Of a stretch of DNA of 64,000 bases, positions 30,895 through 40,571 are shown piece by piece. Location: assembly GCA_963765675.1 (NCBI GenBank), contig CAVXXK010000006.1, positions 256,001-320,000 of the forward strand. The letters are read 5' to 3'. The stretch comes from an uncultured delta proteobacterium. GTDB taxonomy: Bacteria > Desulfobacterota > Binatia > Binatales > Binataceae. Each line of letters opens with the position of its first letter. Positions within the stretch are counted from its first letter, which is position 1. Both the position numbers and the translations under genes were made by a program. The notes below the pieces were generated by a model that was given only the letters and a program-made list of their open reading frames with translations, was not told the origin of the DNA and searched no databases.

Positions 30895-32529
30895 GTGAGC
30901 TCGAAAAAAGATTGGCTCGAAACCACTTTCAAGCAGGCCGCCGAACGGCCCGCGCGCTTCTCGACCGTCTCCGACATGGAGATCGAGCCGCTCTACACGC
31001 CCGAAGACGTGCGCGGCGACTACGACACCGCGCTCGGAAATCCGGGAGAGTTTCCCTACACCCGCGGCGTGTACGGCTCGATGTATCGCGGACGTTTCTG
31101 GACCATGCGCCAGTTCGCGGGCTTCGGTCTTGCCGAAGACACCAACCAGCGGTTCCATTACCTGCTCAAACAGGGCCAGGACGGGCTATCGACCGCGTTC
31201 GATATGCCGACGCTGATGGGCTACGACGCCGACCACGAACGCGCGCAGGGCGAAGTCGGACGCGAGGGCGTCTCCGTCAGCACGATCCACGACATGACGC
31301 GCCTGTTCGACAAGATTCCGCTCGACAAGGTCACCACCTCGATGACGGTTAACTGCTCGGCGTCGGTCCTGCTCGCGATGTACCTGGTCGTTGCGGAGCG
31401 CGCAGGAATTCCATGGGAGAGCGTCGGCGGCACGATTCAGAACGACATGCTCAAGGAGTATATCGCGCAGAAAGAATGGATCTGTCCGCCGCGTCCCGCG
31501 ATGCGCGTGGTTACCGACATGATCGAGTTCTGCGCCAAAAAAGCGCCGCGATGGCACGCCGTCTCGATCAGCGGCTACCATATTCGCGAGGCCGGCTCGA
31601 CCGCCGTGCAGGAACTCGCGTTCACAATCGCCGACGGGCTTTGCTACGTCGAAGAAGCGGTCAAGCGCGGCCTGGAGGTTGACGATTTTGCGCCGCAGCT
31701 TTCGTTCTTCTGGAATATCCACAACGACTTTCTCGAAGAGGTCGCCAAGCTGCGCGCGGCGCGCCGGATGTGGGCGCGCCTGATGAAAGACCGCTTCGGT
31801 GCGAAGAATCCGCGCTCGATGATGTTGCGTACGCACGCGCAGACGGCGGGTGCCTCGCTCACCGCGCAGCAGCCGATCAACAACGTCGTGCGCGTCGCGA
31901 TCCAGGCTCTCGCCGGCGTGCTGGGCGGTGTGCAGTCGCTGCATACCAACTCGATGGACGAGACGCTCGCGCTGCCGACCGAGCAGGCGGTCACCGTCGC
32001 GTTGCGAACCCAACAGATCATCGCCGAGGAAACCGGCGTCACCAATACGATCGATCCGCTCGGCGGCAGCTACGCGATCGAGGCGCTGACCGATCGGATC
32101 GAGCGCGAGGCGATGGACTATATCGGCAAGATCGACGCGATGGGCGGGATGCTGGCGGCGGTCGAGACAGGCTATCCGCAACGCGAAATCGCCGAGGCTG
32201 CGTTTCATTACCAGCGCCAGCTCGAGAAAAATGAAAAAACGATCGTCGGCGTGAGCAAGTACTCGGTGCCCGAGGAGATTCCGATCGAGACGCTCAGGAT
32301 CGATCCCGCGATCGAAGAGAAGCAGGTCTATCGCGTGCGCAAAATGAAACGCGAGCGCAACGCCGTGACGCTCAGAGCCGCGCTCGCGCGCGTGTCCGAG
32401 GCATGCCGCTCGGGCGAAAACCTGATGGACCCGATCTGCGACGCCGTGCGCAGCGAGGCGACCGTCGGTGAAATCAGCGACATCTTTCGCGCCGAGTTCG
32501 GCGTCTACACCGACCCAGGCTGGATTTAG
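30895..32529 (+). CDS. icmA: B12-dependent acyl-CoA mutase large subunit, isobutyryl-CoA mutase type
   Basis: PYTRG, RQFAGF (Phe where MCM has Tyr), [14 protein letters not shown] (Gln where MCM has Arg), [11 protein letters not shown]. Confidence 0.85.
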   Translation: MSSKKDWLETTFKQAAERPARFSTVSDMEIEPLYTPEDVRGDYDTALGNPGEFPYTRGVYGSMYRGRFWTMRQFAGFGLAEDTNQRFHYLLKQGQDGLSTAFDMPTLMGYDADHERAQGEVGREGVSVSTIHDMTRLFDKIPLDKVTTSMTVNCSASVLLAMYLVVAERAGIPWESVGGTIQNDMLKEYIAQKEWICPPRPAMRVVTDMIEFCAKKAPRWHAVSISGYHIREAGSTAVQELAFTIADGLCYVEEAVKRGLEVDDFAPQLSFFWNIHNDFLEEVAKLRAARRMWARLMKDRFGAKNPRSMMLRTHAQTAGASLTAQQPINNVVRVAIQALAGVLGGVQSLHTNSMDETLALPTEQAVTVALRTQQIIAEETGVTNTIDPLGGSYAIEALTDRIEREAMDYIGKIDAMGGMLAAVETGYPQREIAEAAFHYQRQLEKNEKTIVGVSKYSVPEEIPIETLRIDPAIEEKQVYRVRKMKRERNAVTLRAALARVSEACRSGENLMDPICDAVRSEATVGEISDIFRAEFGVYTDPGWI

Positions 32530-32531
32530 CG

Positions 32532-32936
32532 ATGGCTGACAAGAGACTCAGAATTTTGGTGGCGAAACCGGGCCTCGACGGACACGATCGGGGCGCAAAG
32601 ATTATCGCGCGCGCGCTGCGCGATGGCGGCTTCGAGGTGATCTATACCGGCCTGCATCAGACGCCGGAGATGATCGCGCAGGCCGCCGTGCAGGAAGACG
32701 TCGACGCGGTCGGGTTGTCGGTGCTTTCGGGCGCGCACATGACGCTATTCCCGGAAGTGCTGCGCCTGCTCAAAGAGCGTGGCGCCGACGATGTCGCCGT
32801 GTTCGGCGGCGGGATCATCCCCGATGACGACGCGGTGAAGCTCAAGCAATCAGGCGTCCGGCAGATCTTCACGCCCGGCGCGTCCACTGAGGACATCGTC
32901 AAATGGGTTCGCGAAAACGTGAGCGCAAGGCAATAG
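32532..32936 (+). CDS. icmB: Cobalamin-binding small subunit of acyl-CoA mutase
   Basis: [10 protein letters not shown] (DxHxxG), [18 protein letters not shown]. Confidence 0.88.
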   Translation: MADKRLRILVAKPGLDGHDRGAKIIARALRDGGFEVIYTGLHQTPEMIAQAAVQEDVDAVGLSVLSGAHMTLFPEVLRLLKERGADDVAVFGGGIIPDDDAVKLKQSGVRQIFTPGASTEDIVKWVRENVSARQ

Positions 32937-32946
32937 GCGCGGGCGC

Positions 32947-34104
32947 GTGAATTTCGATCTTACCGAAGAGCAGCAGCGCATCCGCGACACGCTCGCCGCG
33001 TTCGCCGAGCGCGAGATTAAGCCGTTCGCCTCGAAGTGGGACAAGGACGAAACCTTTCCGCGCGAGGTGATAGAAAAGCTCGGCGCGCTCGGATTCCTCG
33101 GTGTCGCGTTTCCCGAGAAATGGGGCGGCGGCGCAGCGGGCACGCTCTCGCAGGTGCTGGTGGTCGAGGGGCTCTCGCGTTACGACGCGTCGATCGGTCT
33201 GACCTGCGCCGCGCACATGTCGCTTTCGACCGGGCACATTGCGTCGTTCGCGAGTAATGAGCATCGCGACAAGTACGTGCCCGAAATGCTTGCCGCCAGG
33301 AAGCTCGGCGCGTGGTGCCTGACCGAGCCGAGTTCGGGCTCGGACGCTGCCGCGATGAAGACTCGCGCGATTCGCACCGGCGATAATTTTCAGCTCAACG
33401 GCTCGAAAATGTTCATCACCAACGGCGGCGTCGGCGACGTGTACGTGGTGATGGCGGTGACCGACACGGCCAAAGGACGCGACGGTGTGTCGGCGTTTAT
33501 CGTCGATCGCGGCACCGCGGGATTGTCGAACGGCAAGAAAATCGAGAAGCTCGGCCTGCACGCCTCCGACACCGCCGAAGTAATCTTCGAGAACGTCACG
33601 ATTCCCGCGCGCAACCTGATCGGAGAGCTCGGCGCAGGGTACCGCCAGACGCTCAAGATCCTCGAGGGCGGACGAATCGGGATCGCCGGGTTCGCCGCGG
33701 GCATCGCGCGTGGCGCGTTCGAGGAAGCGCGCGTCTACGCGCTCGAACGGCGCCAGTTCAACAGCCGGATCGCCGATTTCCAGGCGATCCAATGGATGTT
33801 CGCCGACATGGCCACGCGGATCGAAGCTTCGTGGGTGCTGATTTGTCGCGCCGCTGCGCTGCGCGATGCCGGCAAACCGTACGCGCGTGAAGCGGCGATG
33901 GCGAAGCTGTTCGCCTCGGAGACCGCGATGTGGTCAACGACCAAGTCGGTGCAGATTCATGGCGGCTACGGCTACGTGACCGACTTTCCGGTCGAGCGCT
34001 ACATGCGCGACGCGAAGCTCGCCGAGATCGGGGAGGGCACCAGCGAGGTGCTGCGAATGATTATCGCCAAGTCGCTGCTCCGCGAGGGTTATCTGCCCGC
34101 GTAG
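32947..34104 (+). CDS. Acyl-CoA dehydrogenase
   Basis: WCLTEPSSGSDA, NGSKMFITNG, GGRIGIA, HGGYGY, IGEGTSE. Confidence 0.94.
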   Translation: MNFDLTEEQQRIRDTLAAFAEREIKPFASKWDKDETFPREVIEKLGALGFLGVAFPEKWGGGAAGTLSQVLVVEGLSRYDASIGLTCAAHMSLSTGHIASFASNEHRDKYVPEMLAARKLGAWCLTEPSSGSDAAAMKTRAIRTGDNFQLNGSKMFITNGGVGDVYVVMAVTDTAKGRDGVSAFIVDRGTAGLSNGKKIEKLGLHASDTAEVIFENVTIPARNLIGELGAGYRQTLKILEGGRIGIAGFAAGIARGAFEEARVYALERRQFNSRIADFQAIQWMFADMATRIEASWVLICRAAALRDAGKPYAREAAMAKLFASETAMWSTTKSVQIHGGYGYVTDFPVERYMRDAKLAEIGEGTSEVLRMIIAKSLLREGYLPA

Positions 34105-34109
34105 CGCGC

Positions 34110-34820
34110 TCACGCCTCGAGAAGATCGGCGCGAATCGCGTCGAGATCTTCGGCGCTGATGCCGATAACCTCGCGCATGAAGCCGTCCACGCCGCCGTTT
34201 TCGTCGATCAGGTCGAACACCGGATGAAGCTGAGCGGCGGACAGCGGAATATTGGGAAAGGTTGCGTTGCTCGCAAGAAAATCCTCGATGATCGCGTCAC
34301 GCTCGACTCCTAGCGTCGCGAGAATCATCGCCGCGCCGACTCCGGTTCTGTCGCGGCCCGCCGAGCAATGGAAGAGCAGGGGATAGACGGTGCGCTCCGC
34401 CAGCAGCTTGAAGAAGCGCCGCCAGTCGTGGCGGAAATGCATCACGAGCGCGTAGTGCTCCTGCCCCGGATCGGCTTTCATGCGCTCGTAGCCCCGCTCG
34501 GTGAACCATTCGTCGCCCATCGGGATATGCTCCCAGCGCACCCCTTCCATTATCACTTGATGCGGCCGTCCCAGATGCCTCACCTCGGGATTGCTCTGCA
34601 GGGTGACCAGCGTTTTGAGTTCGATCTCGTGGAGCGGGTTGTCCGCCGGAACCTCGGCCAGATGAGCGGAGCGATAGATGCGCCCGGCGCGGATGCGGCG
34701 GCCGTCGCGAACCGGGCGTCCGCCAAGATCGCGAAAGTTGCGCCCGCCGAACGAGCGCAGCATGTCGAAATCGACTACGATGCGCTCGCCGCGATCGTTT
34801 TTTCGATTTTCTTCAGACAC
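34110..34820 (-). CDS. Protein-tyrosine/lipid phosphatase (IphP/PtpB-like)
   Basis: NFRDLGG, YRSA, P-loop HCSAGRDRTG, DFLASN. Confidence 0.9.
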   Translation of the reverse strand: MSEENRKNDRGERIVVDFDMLRSFGGRNFRDLGGRPVRDGRRIRAGRIYRSAHLAEVPADNPLHEIELKTLVTLQSNPEVRHLGRPHQVIMEGVRWEHIPMGDEWFTERGYERMKADPGQEHYALVMHFRHDWRRFFKLLAERTVYPLLFHCSAGRDRTGVGAAMILATLGVERDAIIEDFLASNATFPNIPLSAAQLHPVFDLIDENGGVDGFMREVIGISAEDLDAIRADLLEA

Positions 34821-34943
34821 TGAATCTCCGTCCGCTTGCCCTTGCAGCTATTTTATACGTGAACGATTTCCGGTGCGAGTCCCCGGCCCGCGCTCCTCTT
34901 GCTTCCCGGACCGCTCTCAATTAATAGACTTGAGTATAGTTCT

Positions 34944-35591
34944 ATGTCTGTGTCCATCCAACGTAAAATCGCGCCGTTGGCCGTCGTGCAATCGCGGCGT
35001 GACCGCAAGAAAGAACGTACCCGCGGCGAAATCTATCAGGCCGCGATTACGTTATTCATACGGCGCGGTTTCGATACCGTTACGATCGAGGATATCTGCG
35101 ACGCGGCCGATGTCGCCCGCGCGACCTTTTTTCTGCATTTTCCAGCCAAGGAAGCGCTGTTGACCGAATACCTCCGCCGCGCCAACGAGGAGCTTGCCGC
35201 GATGCTCGCGAAGTATCGTGGCAGCGCGACCGCCGCGTTGCGCGCGGCGTTCAAGATGCTGGCCGGGATGGCGGCGCGGCATCCCGATGTCCTGCGCCTC
35301 GTGATCCGCGAAGTGCTGGTGCGGCCCCCAATCCGCAGCCGCAACGATCAACAGACTGGAGACCTGATCGAATTGCTGGCCGGCGTGGTTCGGCGCGGAC
35401 AAGCGAGCGGCGAGTTTCGCGCGCGCATCGATCCGATCGTCGCGGCGCTTTCGGCGTGCGCGGCGTTCTTCGGCTTTGTGTACGCATGGGTGCAGAGAGA
35501 AGGACGCTTCGATATCGAGGCATCGGCGGCGCAGGCACTTGAGGTAATCCTGCACGGAGTCAGCGAACGTAAACGGCGTGCAGCGCTTTAG
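34944..35591 (+). CDS. TetR/AcrR family regulator
   Basis: RRDRKKERTR..AAITLF..GFDTVTIEDICDAADVARATFFLHFPAKEAL. Confidence 0.93.
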   Translation: MSVSIQRKIAPLAVVQSRRDRKKERTRGEIYQAAITLFIRRGFDTVTIEDICDAADVARATFFLHFPAKEALLTEYLRRANEELAAMLAKYRGSATAALRAAFKMLAGMAARHPDVLRLVIREVLVRPPIRSRNDQQTGDLIELLAGVVRRGQASGEFRARIDPIVAALSACAAFFGFVYAWVQREGRFDIEASAAQALEVILHGVSERKRRAAL

Positions 35592-35617
35592 GCGGCGCGC
35601 GAGAAGCGAGTACCTGG

Positions 35618-37042
35618 ATGAAGAACGAGCATGCGATTGTGATCGGCGGCAGCATGGCGGGCCTGTGTGCGGCGCGGGTTCTGAGCGATTTCTTTGACAA
35701 GGTGACCATAATCGATCGCGACGCCTATCCTGCCGGCGCGCATGAGCGTCCCGGCGTTCCGCAAAGCCGTCACGTCCATGCGCTGCTCATGCGCGGCCGC
35801 CAGGAGCTCGAGAATCTGTTCCCGGGCTTTGAGCGCACGATGCTCGAGCATGGCGCGATCGATATAAACTTCGGACTGGATTTTGCCGTACTGCAGCGCG
35901 ACGGATGGGGTCGGCGGCAACGAAATGCGATCGAGACCTTGTTCGCGAGCCGGGTCCTGATGGAGGAAACGATTCGAGGCCTGCTGCGCAAGATTCTCAA
36001 TGTCGAGCTGATCGAGCGCGCCGACGCCGCGGCCTTCCTGATCGAGCGCGGCGACGCGCCTCGGGTTTCCGGATTGCGCGTGATTCCGCGCGACGGCCGC
36101 CCGGAGTTCACGTTGACGGGCCAACTTATCGTTGACGCGAGCGGACGCGCGACGAAGATTCCGGGATGGATCAAGGAGCTCGGTTTGCCCGCGCCCGAAG
36201 AGGAAGTGGTCGATTCGCGCACCGGGTACGCCTCGCGATGGTACAAAGCCTCGAATCGTTCGCGCCGGCCGCCGCAGTGGTGGTGGAAAGGCGTATGGAT
36301 CGAAGCGGTGGGCGATAGTGTCGCAGAAGCTGGCGTGCTGTTCCCGGTCGAGGGACAGCGATTCATCGTCACTCTCGCGGGATGGGGCGGCAAATATCCG
36401 CCGAGCGACGAGGACGGTTTCACAGCGCAACTGCGCAAGCTGCGCAGCCCGATTATCGCGGAAGAAGTTGCGCTGGCCGAGCCGATGTCCAACGTATATT
36501 CATACCGGCAAATGGCAAACCGCTGGCGCCGCTACGATAAGTGGAGGGCGCGCCTGGACGGGTTTGTAGCGCTGGGCGACGCTACCTGCGCGTTCAATCC
36601 GGTCTACGGACAGGGGATGACGTCGGCGGCCCTCGAGGCGCTGATTCTGCGCGATTGCCTGACGGATCATGCCGGCGTCGACGCGGCCTTGCCGCCCGAC
36701 TTCTTCAGAAGGATCGCGGCGTTTCAGAAAGATCCTTGGGGTCTTGCGACCAGCGCGGATTTCAATTTTTCCGCGACTGTTGGGCGCCGTCCGCCGCTTC
36801 CGGCGCGCGCGCTGAATCGCGTGATCGGCAAGATGCTTGAAGTCGGCCGAGACGATCCAGTAATCGGCAACCGGCTGGCCGAGGTGGTGAACATGATGCG
36901 CCCGCCGTCGGCGCTGCTCGACCGCCGGATTCTCGTGCGCATCGCCAGGGCGTGGGCTCGCCGAATCGTCAAAGGATCGCCCAAGTCCGAATCGACCGGC
37001 GCGATGCCGCCGCTGGGCGTCACGCCCGCTCTGGAAGCCTGA
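35618..37042 (+). CDS. FAD-dependent monooxygenase/oxidoreductase
   Basis: IGGSMAGL, RPGVPQSRHVH, VDASGR, LGDATCAFNPVYGQGMT. Confidence 0.88.
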   Translation: MKNEHAIVIGGSMAGLCAARVLSDFFDKVTIIDRDAYPAGAHERPGVPQSRHVHALLMRGRQELENLFPGFERTMLEHGAIDINFGLDFAVLQRDGWGRRQRNAIETLFASRVLMEETIRGLLRKILNVELIERADAAAFLIERGDAPRVSGLRVIPRDGRPEFTLTGQLIVDASGRATKIPGWIKELGLPAPEEEVVDSRTGYASRWYKASNRSRRPPQWWWKGVWIEAVGDSVAEAGVLFPVEGQRFIVTLAGWGGKYPPSDEDGFTAQLRKLRSPIIAEEVALAEPMSNVYSYRQMANRWRRYDKWRARLDGFVALGDATCAFNPVYGQGMTSAALEALILRDCLTDHAGVDAALPPDFFRRIAAFQKDPWGLATSADFNFSATVGRRPPLPARALNRVIGKMLEVGRDDPVIGNRLAEVVNMMRPPSALLDRRILVRIARAWARRIVKGSPKSESTGAMPPLGVTPALEA

Positions 37043-37047
37043 GAAAG

Positions 37048-38490
37048 TTACTTCCGCCGCGGCAGGTTGAGCACCAGCATCCGGGGCTCCGTCATTTCCT
37101 CCATTGCGTAGCGCAAACCTTCGCGTCCGATTCCGGAACCCTTCACGCCGCCGAACGGATAGGTATCGACGCGGAAGACTCCCGTGTCGCCGACGATCAC
37201 AGCCCCGGCCTCGATCTCGCGAAAGGCGGTGAACGCGCGTTCGAGATTGTTGGTGAAGACTCCTGCTTGCAGTCCGTATGGTGAATCGTTGGTGAGGGCG
37301 ATTCCCTCTTCGAACGAGTCGATCGGCTCGACCGTCGCGACTGGACCGAAGACCTCCTCGCACCACACACGCAGGCGATGAAGCTTGCGGTCGCCGAGCT
37401 CGACGATCGTCGGCCATACGACGGCGCCCTCGCGCTTGTTTCCGGTCAGGATACCGGCGCCGGCCTGCGCCGCCTCGCCGATCCATTCGATCACGCGGTC
37501 TGCCGCGGCGCGATTGATGAGCGGGCCGACGATCGTTCGCTCGTCCATCGGGTCGCCAACACCGAGCTTCTCGGTTTCGGCGACGAAGTGCTTCAGGAAC
37601 TCATGGTACACGCTGCGATGCACGAACAGGCGCTGGACCGACAGACATACTTGTCCGGCGTGGATGAACGCGCCACGCGCGGCTCGCGCCGCCGCAACTG
37701 CGACATCCGCAGTCTCGTCGACAATCAAGCCGCCGTTACCTCCCAGCTCGAGTGCGACACGTTGGCGCGTGGTCTTTGCCTTGAGCGCCCATCCGACCCG
37801 CGCGCTGCCGGTGAAACTGAGCATCCGGATGCGCTCGTCGGTCGCAAGCCTCTCTGCCACCGGAGGATCGGCCGAGATGACATTGATCGCCCCGGACGGC
37901 AGGCCCGCGGCGCAAGCGATCTCCGCCAGCATCAGCGCAGGTCCAGGACACATCGGCGGCGGTTTTACGACGAGAGTGTTTCCTGTGGCGATCGCGGGTG
38001 CGACCTTGTGCGTCACCAGGTTGAGCGGGAAGTTGAAAGGCGCGATCGCGGCAATCGGTCCGAGCGGAAATCGCTCGACCATTCCGACCGCGCCGGGATG
38101 CAGCGGATCCAGATCGAGCGGTTCGTACTCTCCGCCGAAACGTTTCGCCTCTTCGGCCGCGAGCGCGAAGACGCCGATGGTTCGGCTGACTTCGCCACGC
38201 GAATAGTCAATCGGCTTGCCGGTGTCGATCGTGATGCCGCGTTCGAATTCGGTGCGCCGCTCAGCCACGCCCCGGCTGATTCCCAAAAGAATAGCGGCGC
38301 GTTCGGCGCGAGAGAGTTTTCGCGTCGCCGCGAATGCGCGCGTTGCGGCCGCGATCGCAATCTCCATCTCAGCCTCGCCGGCGCGAGCGATAGTCCCCAC
38401 CTTTTCGCCGGTGTAGGGATAAATGATGTCGTAATGTTCGGACGAATCGACGCTCTTGCCGTCGATAAAATGCCGATACTCAGGCGCCAT
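37048..38490 (-). CDS. Aldehyde dehydrogenase
   Basis: PFNFP, FTGS, LELGGN, GQVCLS, EEVFGP, PFGGVKGSGIGREG. Confidence 0.94.
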   Translation of the reverse strand: MAPEYRHFIDGKSVDSSEHYDIIYPYTGEKVGTIARAGEAEMEIAIAAATRAFAATRKLSRAERAAILLGISRGVAERRTEFERGITIDTGKPIDYSRGEVSRTIGVFALAAEEAKRFGGEYEPLDLDPLHPGAVGMVERFPLGPIAAIAPFNFPLNLVTHKVAPAIATGNTLVVKPPPMCPGPALMLAEIACAAGLPSGAINVISADPPVAERLATDERIRMLSFTGSARVGWALKAKTTRQRVALELGGNGGLIVDETADVAVAAARAARGAFIHAGQVCLSVQRLFVHRSVYHEFLKHFVAETEKLGVGDPMDERTIVGPLINRAAADRVIEWIGEAAQAGAGILTGNKREGAVVWPTIVELGDRKLHRLRVWCEEVFGPVATVEPIDSFEEGIALTNDSPYGLQAGVFTNNLERAFTAFREIEAGAVIVGDTGVFRVDTYPFGGVKGSGIGREGLRYAMEEMTEPRMLVLNLPRRK

Positions 38491-38558
38491 CGCGAGTCCT
38501 CCTTATGAACCTGTTGAGGACATTATTTCGCCGCGTCCGTATGCGTGAAAGGCCCGCG

Positions 38559-40571
38559 TCAGGCGTGGATTTCCGCTTCGGTCACTGCCAAGTAGGCGCG
38601 ATATTCCGGCGATGAGTGGAGCAGGTCTGCATGAACGCCTTCGCAGGCCAGAGTGCCGCCGTTTATGAATAGCACGCGGTCGCACGCTGCGAGCGTGCTC
38701 GCACGATGCGCGACGATTATGACAATTCGCGTCCGCGCGAGGTCTCGCAGCGTTGCCATCAGTCCGGTCTCGCTCGCCGGATCCAGCGGCGCCGTCGGTT
38801 CGTCGAGAATCAAAACATCGGGACTTCTCAGGATCGCGCGTGCAATCGCGATGCGCTGCTTCTGCCCGACCGAGAGCCGCGCGCCGCGCCGACCGAGCAT
38901 CGTCGCATAGCCGTCGGGCATTTTCTCAATAAACTCCGCCGCACCCGCGAGTGCGGCGGCGGCGCGGATTTCCTCGTCGCTGGCGTCGCGATGGCCGTAG
39001 CGGATGTTGTCGGCGATCGATTCGGAGAACAGCGCTTCCTGCTGAAAGACGAAACCGATCCGGCTGCGCAGCGTATCGGGTGCGAAGCTGCGCGCATCCT
39101 TGCCGTCGAGCAAAATTTCACCCGACATGGTTTCGATGAATCTCGGAATCGACAGTATAAGCGTGGTCTTGCCCGCGCCGCTTGGTCCCGCGATCGCAAT
39201 CATCTCGCCCGAACGCAATGTGAACGAGACGTTCTGCACGACCGGTTCCGTGCCCGTATATCCGACCGCGACGTCGCGCAGCTCGATTTCATTTATCGCC
39301 AGGGGCGCGCCGCTTCCGTCGGGCGAAGCCGACGCCTCGGCGAATCCGTCGAGGACGCTATGAACCCTGCGGAGTCCCGCGACTGCCGGCTGGACCGCCG
39401 CCCACGTACCGCCGACGGTGGCCGCCGGCTTGGAAAGCATCGTGCCGTAGCTCAGCAGCAGAACCACGTCTCCGAGCGTCATCGCGTGGTGGATGACCTG
39501 CATCATCAGATAGTAGATCGCGCCGATAGTGAGTGCGGCCATCGCAGGCACCAACACCAGAGTGAGCGCCAATCCGATCGCCAGCATCTTGAGCGTGGCG
39601 AGGTACGACTTCCAGCTCGCGGCATCGACGGCGACGGCCTCGCGATTCTCGGTGCCGAACGCCTTGATCAGGTTGACTTGCGCAAGCCGTTCCTCGAACG
39701 CGGCCATCACGTCGCTGCCGCGCTCGCGCATATCCTGGCTCTGATCGCGCAGCAGGCGGCCGAAGATCGCGGCGCCGATCGCGATTGCCGGAAGCGACAG
39801 GGCCGCGAGAATTGGAATAACCCGCTCTTCGGGAAACTGCATCCACAGCACGATCAGCGCCATGACGAACATCACGATAGACATCAGCGGTCCGAGCACC
39901 GCGGTGTAGAGGACCGCGCCAATCGACGCGCTGTCGTGCATCACGCGGAACACGGCGTCGCCGAGTTTCTGATCCGCGAACAAGCCGAGCCGCGAGCGCA
40001 GGAAACGCTGATAGATCGCGGTGCGCACGCCCTGGTTGATGCGCTGAGTCAGATCGAGCGTGATCAGAACTTCGTAGTAACCGAACAGGCCGTTCCACAA
40101 GCTCCATCCGTCGTTCGCGGCGTTCTGCGAAAAGCCAGCCTGGTCAAGACCGCCGCTATCTACCCCGGTTACGAGCTCGTCGGAACGGTCGCCAACCATC
40201 CCGACCGAGAGCGCCGCGAAAATCAGGAACGCGCAGAGCACGAACAGCAGCGACATCCGGTTGGTGCCCGCCAGCGGCAACAGGAGCGTTGCCGGCAATC
40301 CGGTCAGCGGACGCCCGTCGATCACGTTGTCGATGATGATCTTGAGCGGCCACGGCGTGAGCAGAAAAAATGTCAGCGAAAAAAATGCGAGGATGCATTT
40401 CAGATAGACCAGGCGACGATGCTCGGCGATAAAGGGCCAGCTCTTGATGAGCAGGCGGGCGGCGCCAATAGGGCCGATCGACTTGCGCTCGGCCGCGTAG
40501 AGATGGCTCTTGCGCGAATCGACGCGCGCGCCGTTTCCCGGCATCGGATCGCGCGCGAGAGTGCTAGCCAT
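38559..40571 (-). CDS. ABC exporter, fused permease/ATPase
   Basis: Multiple TM segments, GPSGAGKTT, LSVGQKQR, LILDEPT, VAHR. Confidence 0.92.
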   Translation of the reverse strand: MASTLARDPMPGNGARVDSRKSHLYAAERKSIGPIGAARLLIKSWPFIAEHRRLVYLKCILAFFSLTFFLLTPWPLKIIIDNVIDGRPLTGLPATLLLPLAGTNRMSLLFVLCAFLIFAALSVGMVGDRSDELVTGVDSGGLDQAGFSQNAANDGWSLWNGLFGYYEVLITLDLTQRINQGVRTAIYQRFLRSRLGLFADQKLGDAVFRVMHDSASIGAVLYTAVLGPLMSIVMFVMALIVLWMQFPEERVIPILAALSLPAIAIGAAIFGRLLRDQSQDMRERGSDVMAAFEERLAQVNLIKAFGTENREAVAVDAASWKSYLATLKMLAIGLALTLVLVPAMAALTIGAIYYLMMQVIHHAMTLGDVVLLLSYGTMLSKPAATVGGTWAAVQPAVAGLRRVHSVLDGFAEASASPDGSGAPLAINEIELRDVAVGYTGTEPVVQNVSFTLRSGEMIAIAGPSGAGKTTLILSIPRFIETMSGEILLDGKDARSFAPDTLRSRIGFVFQQEALFSESIADNIRYGHRDASDEEIRAAAALAGAAEFIEKMPDGYATMLGRRGARLSVGQKQRIAIARAILRSPDVLILDEPTAPLDPASETGLMATLRDLARTRIVIIVAHRASTLAACDRVLFINGGTLACEGVHADLLHSSPEYRAYLAVTEAEIHA

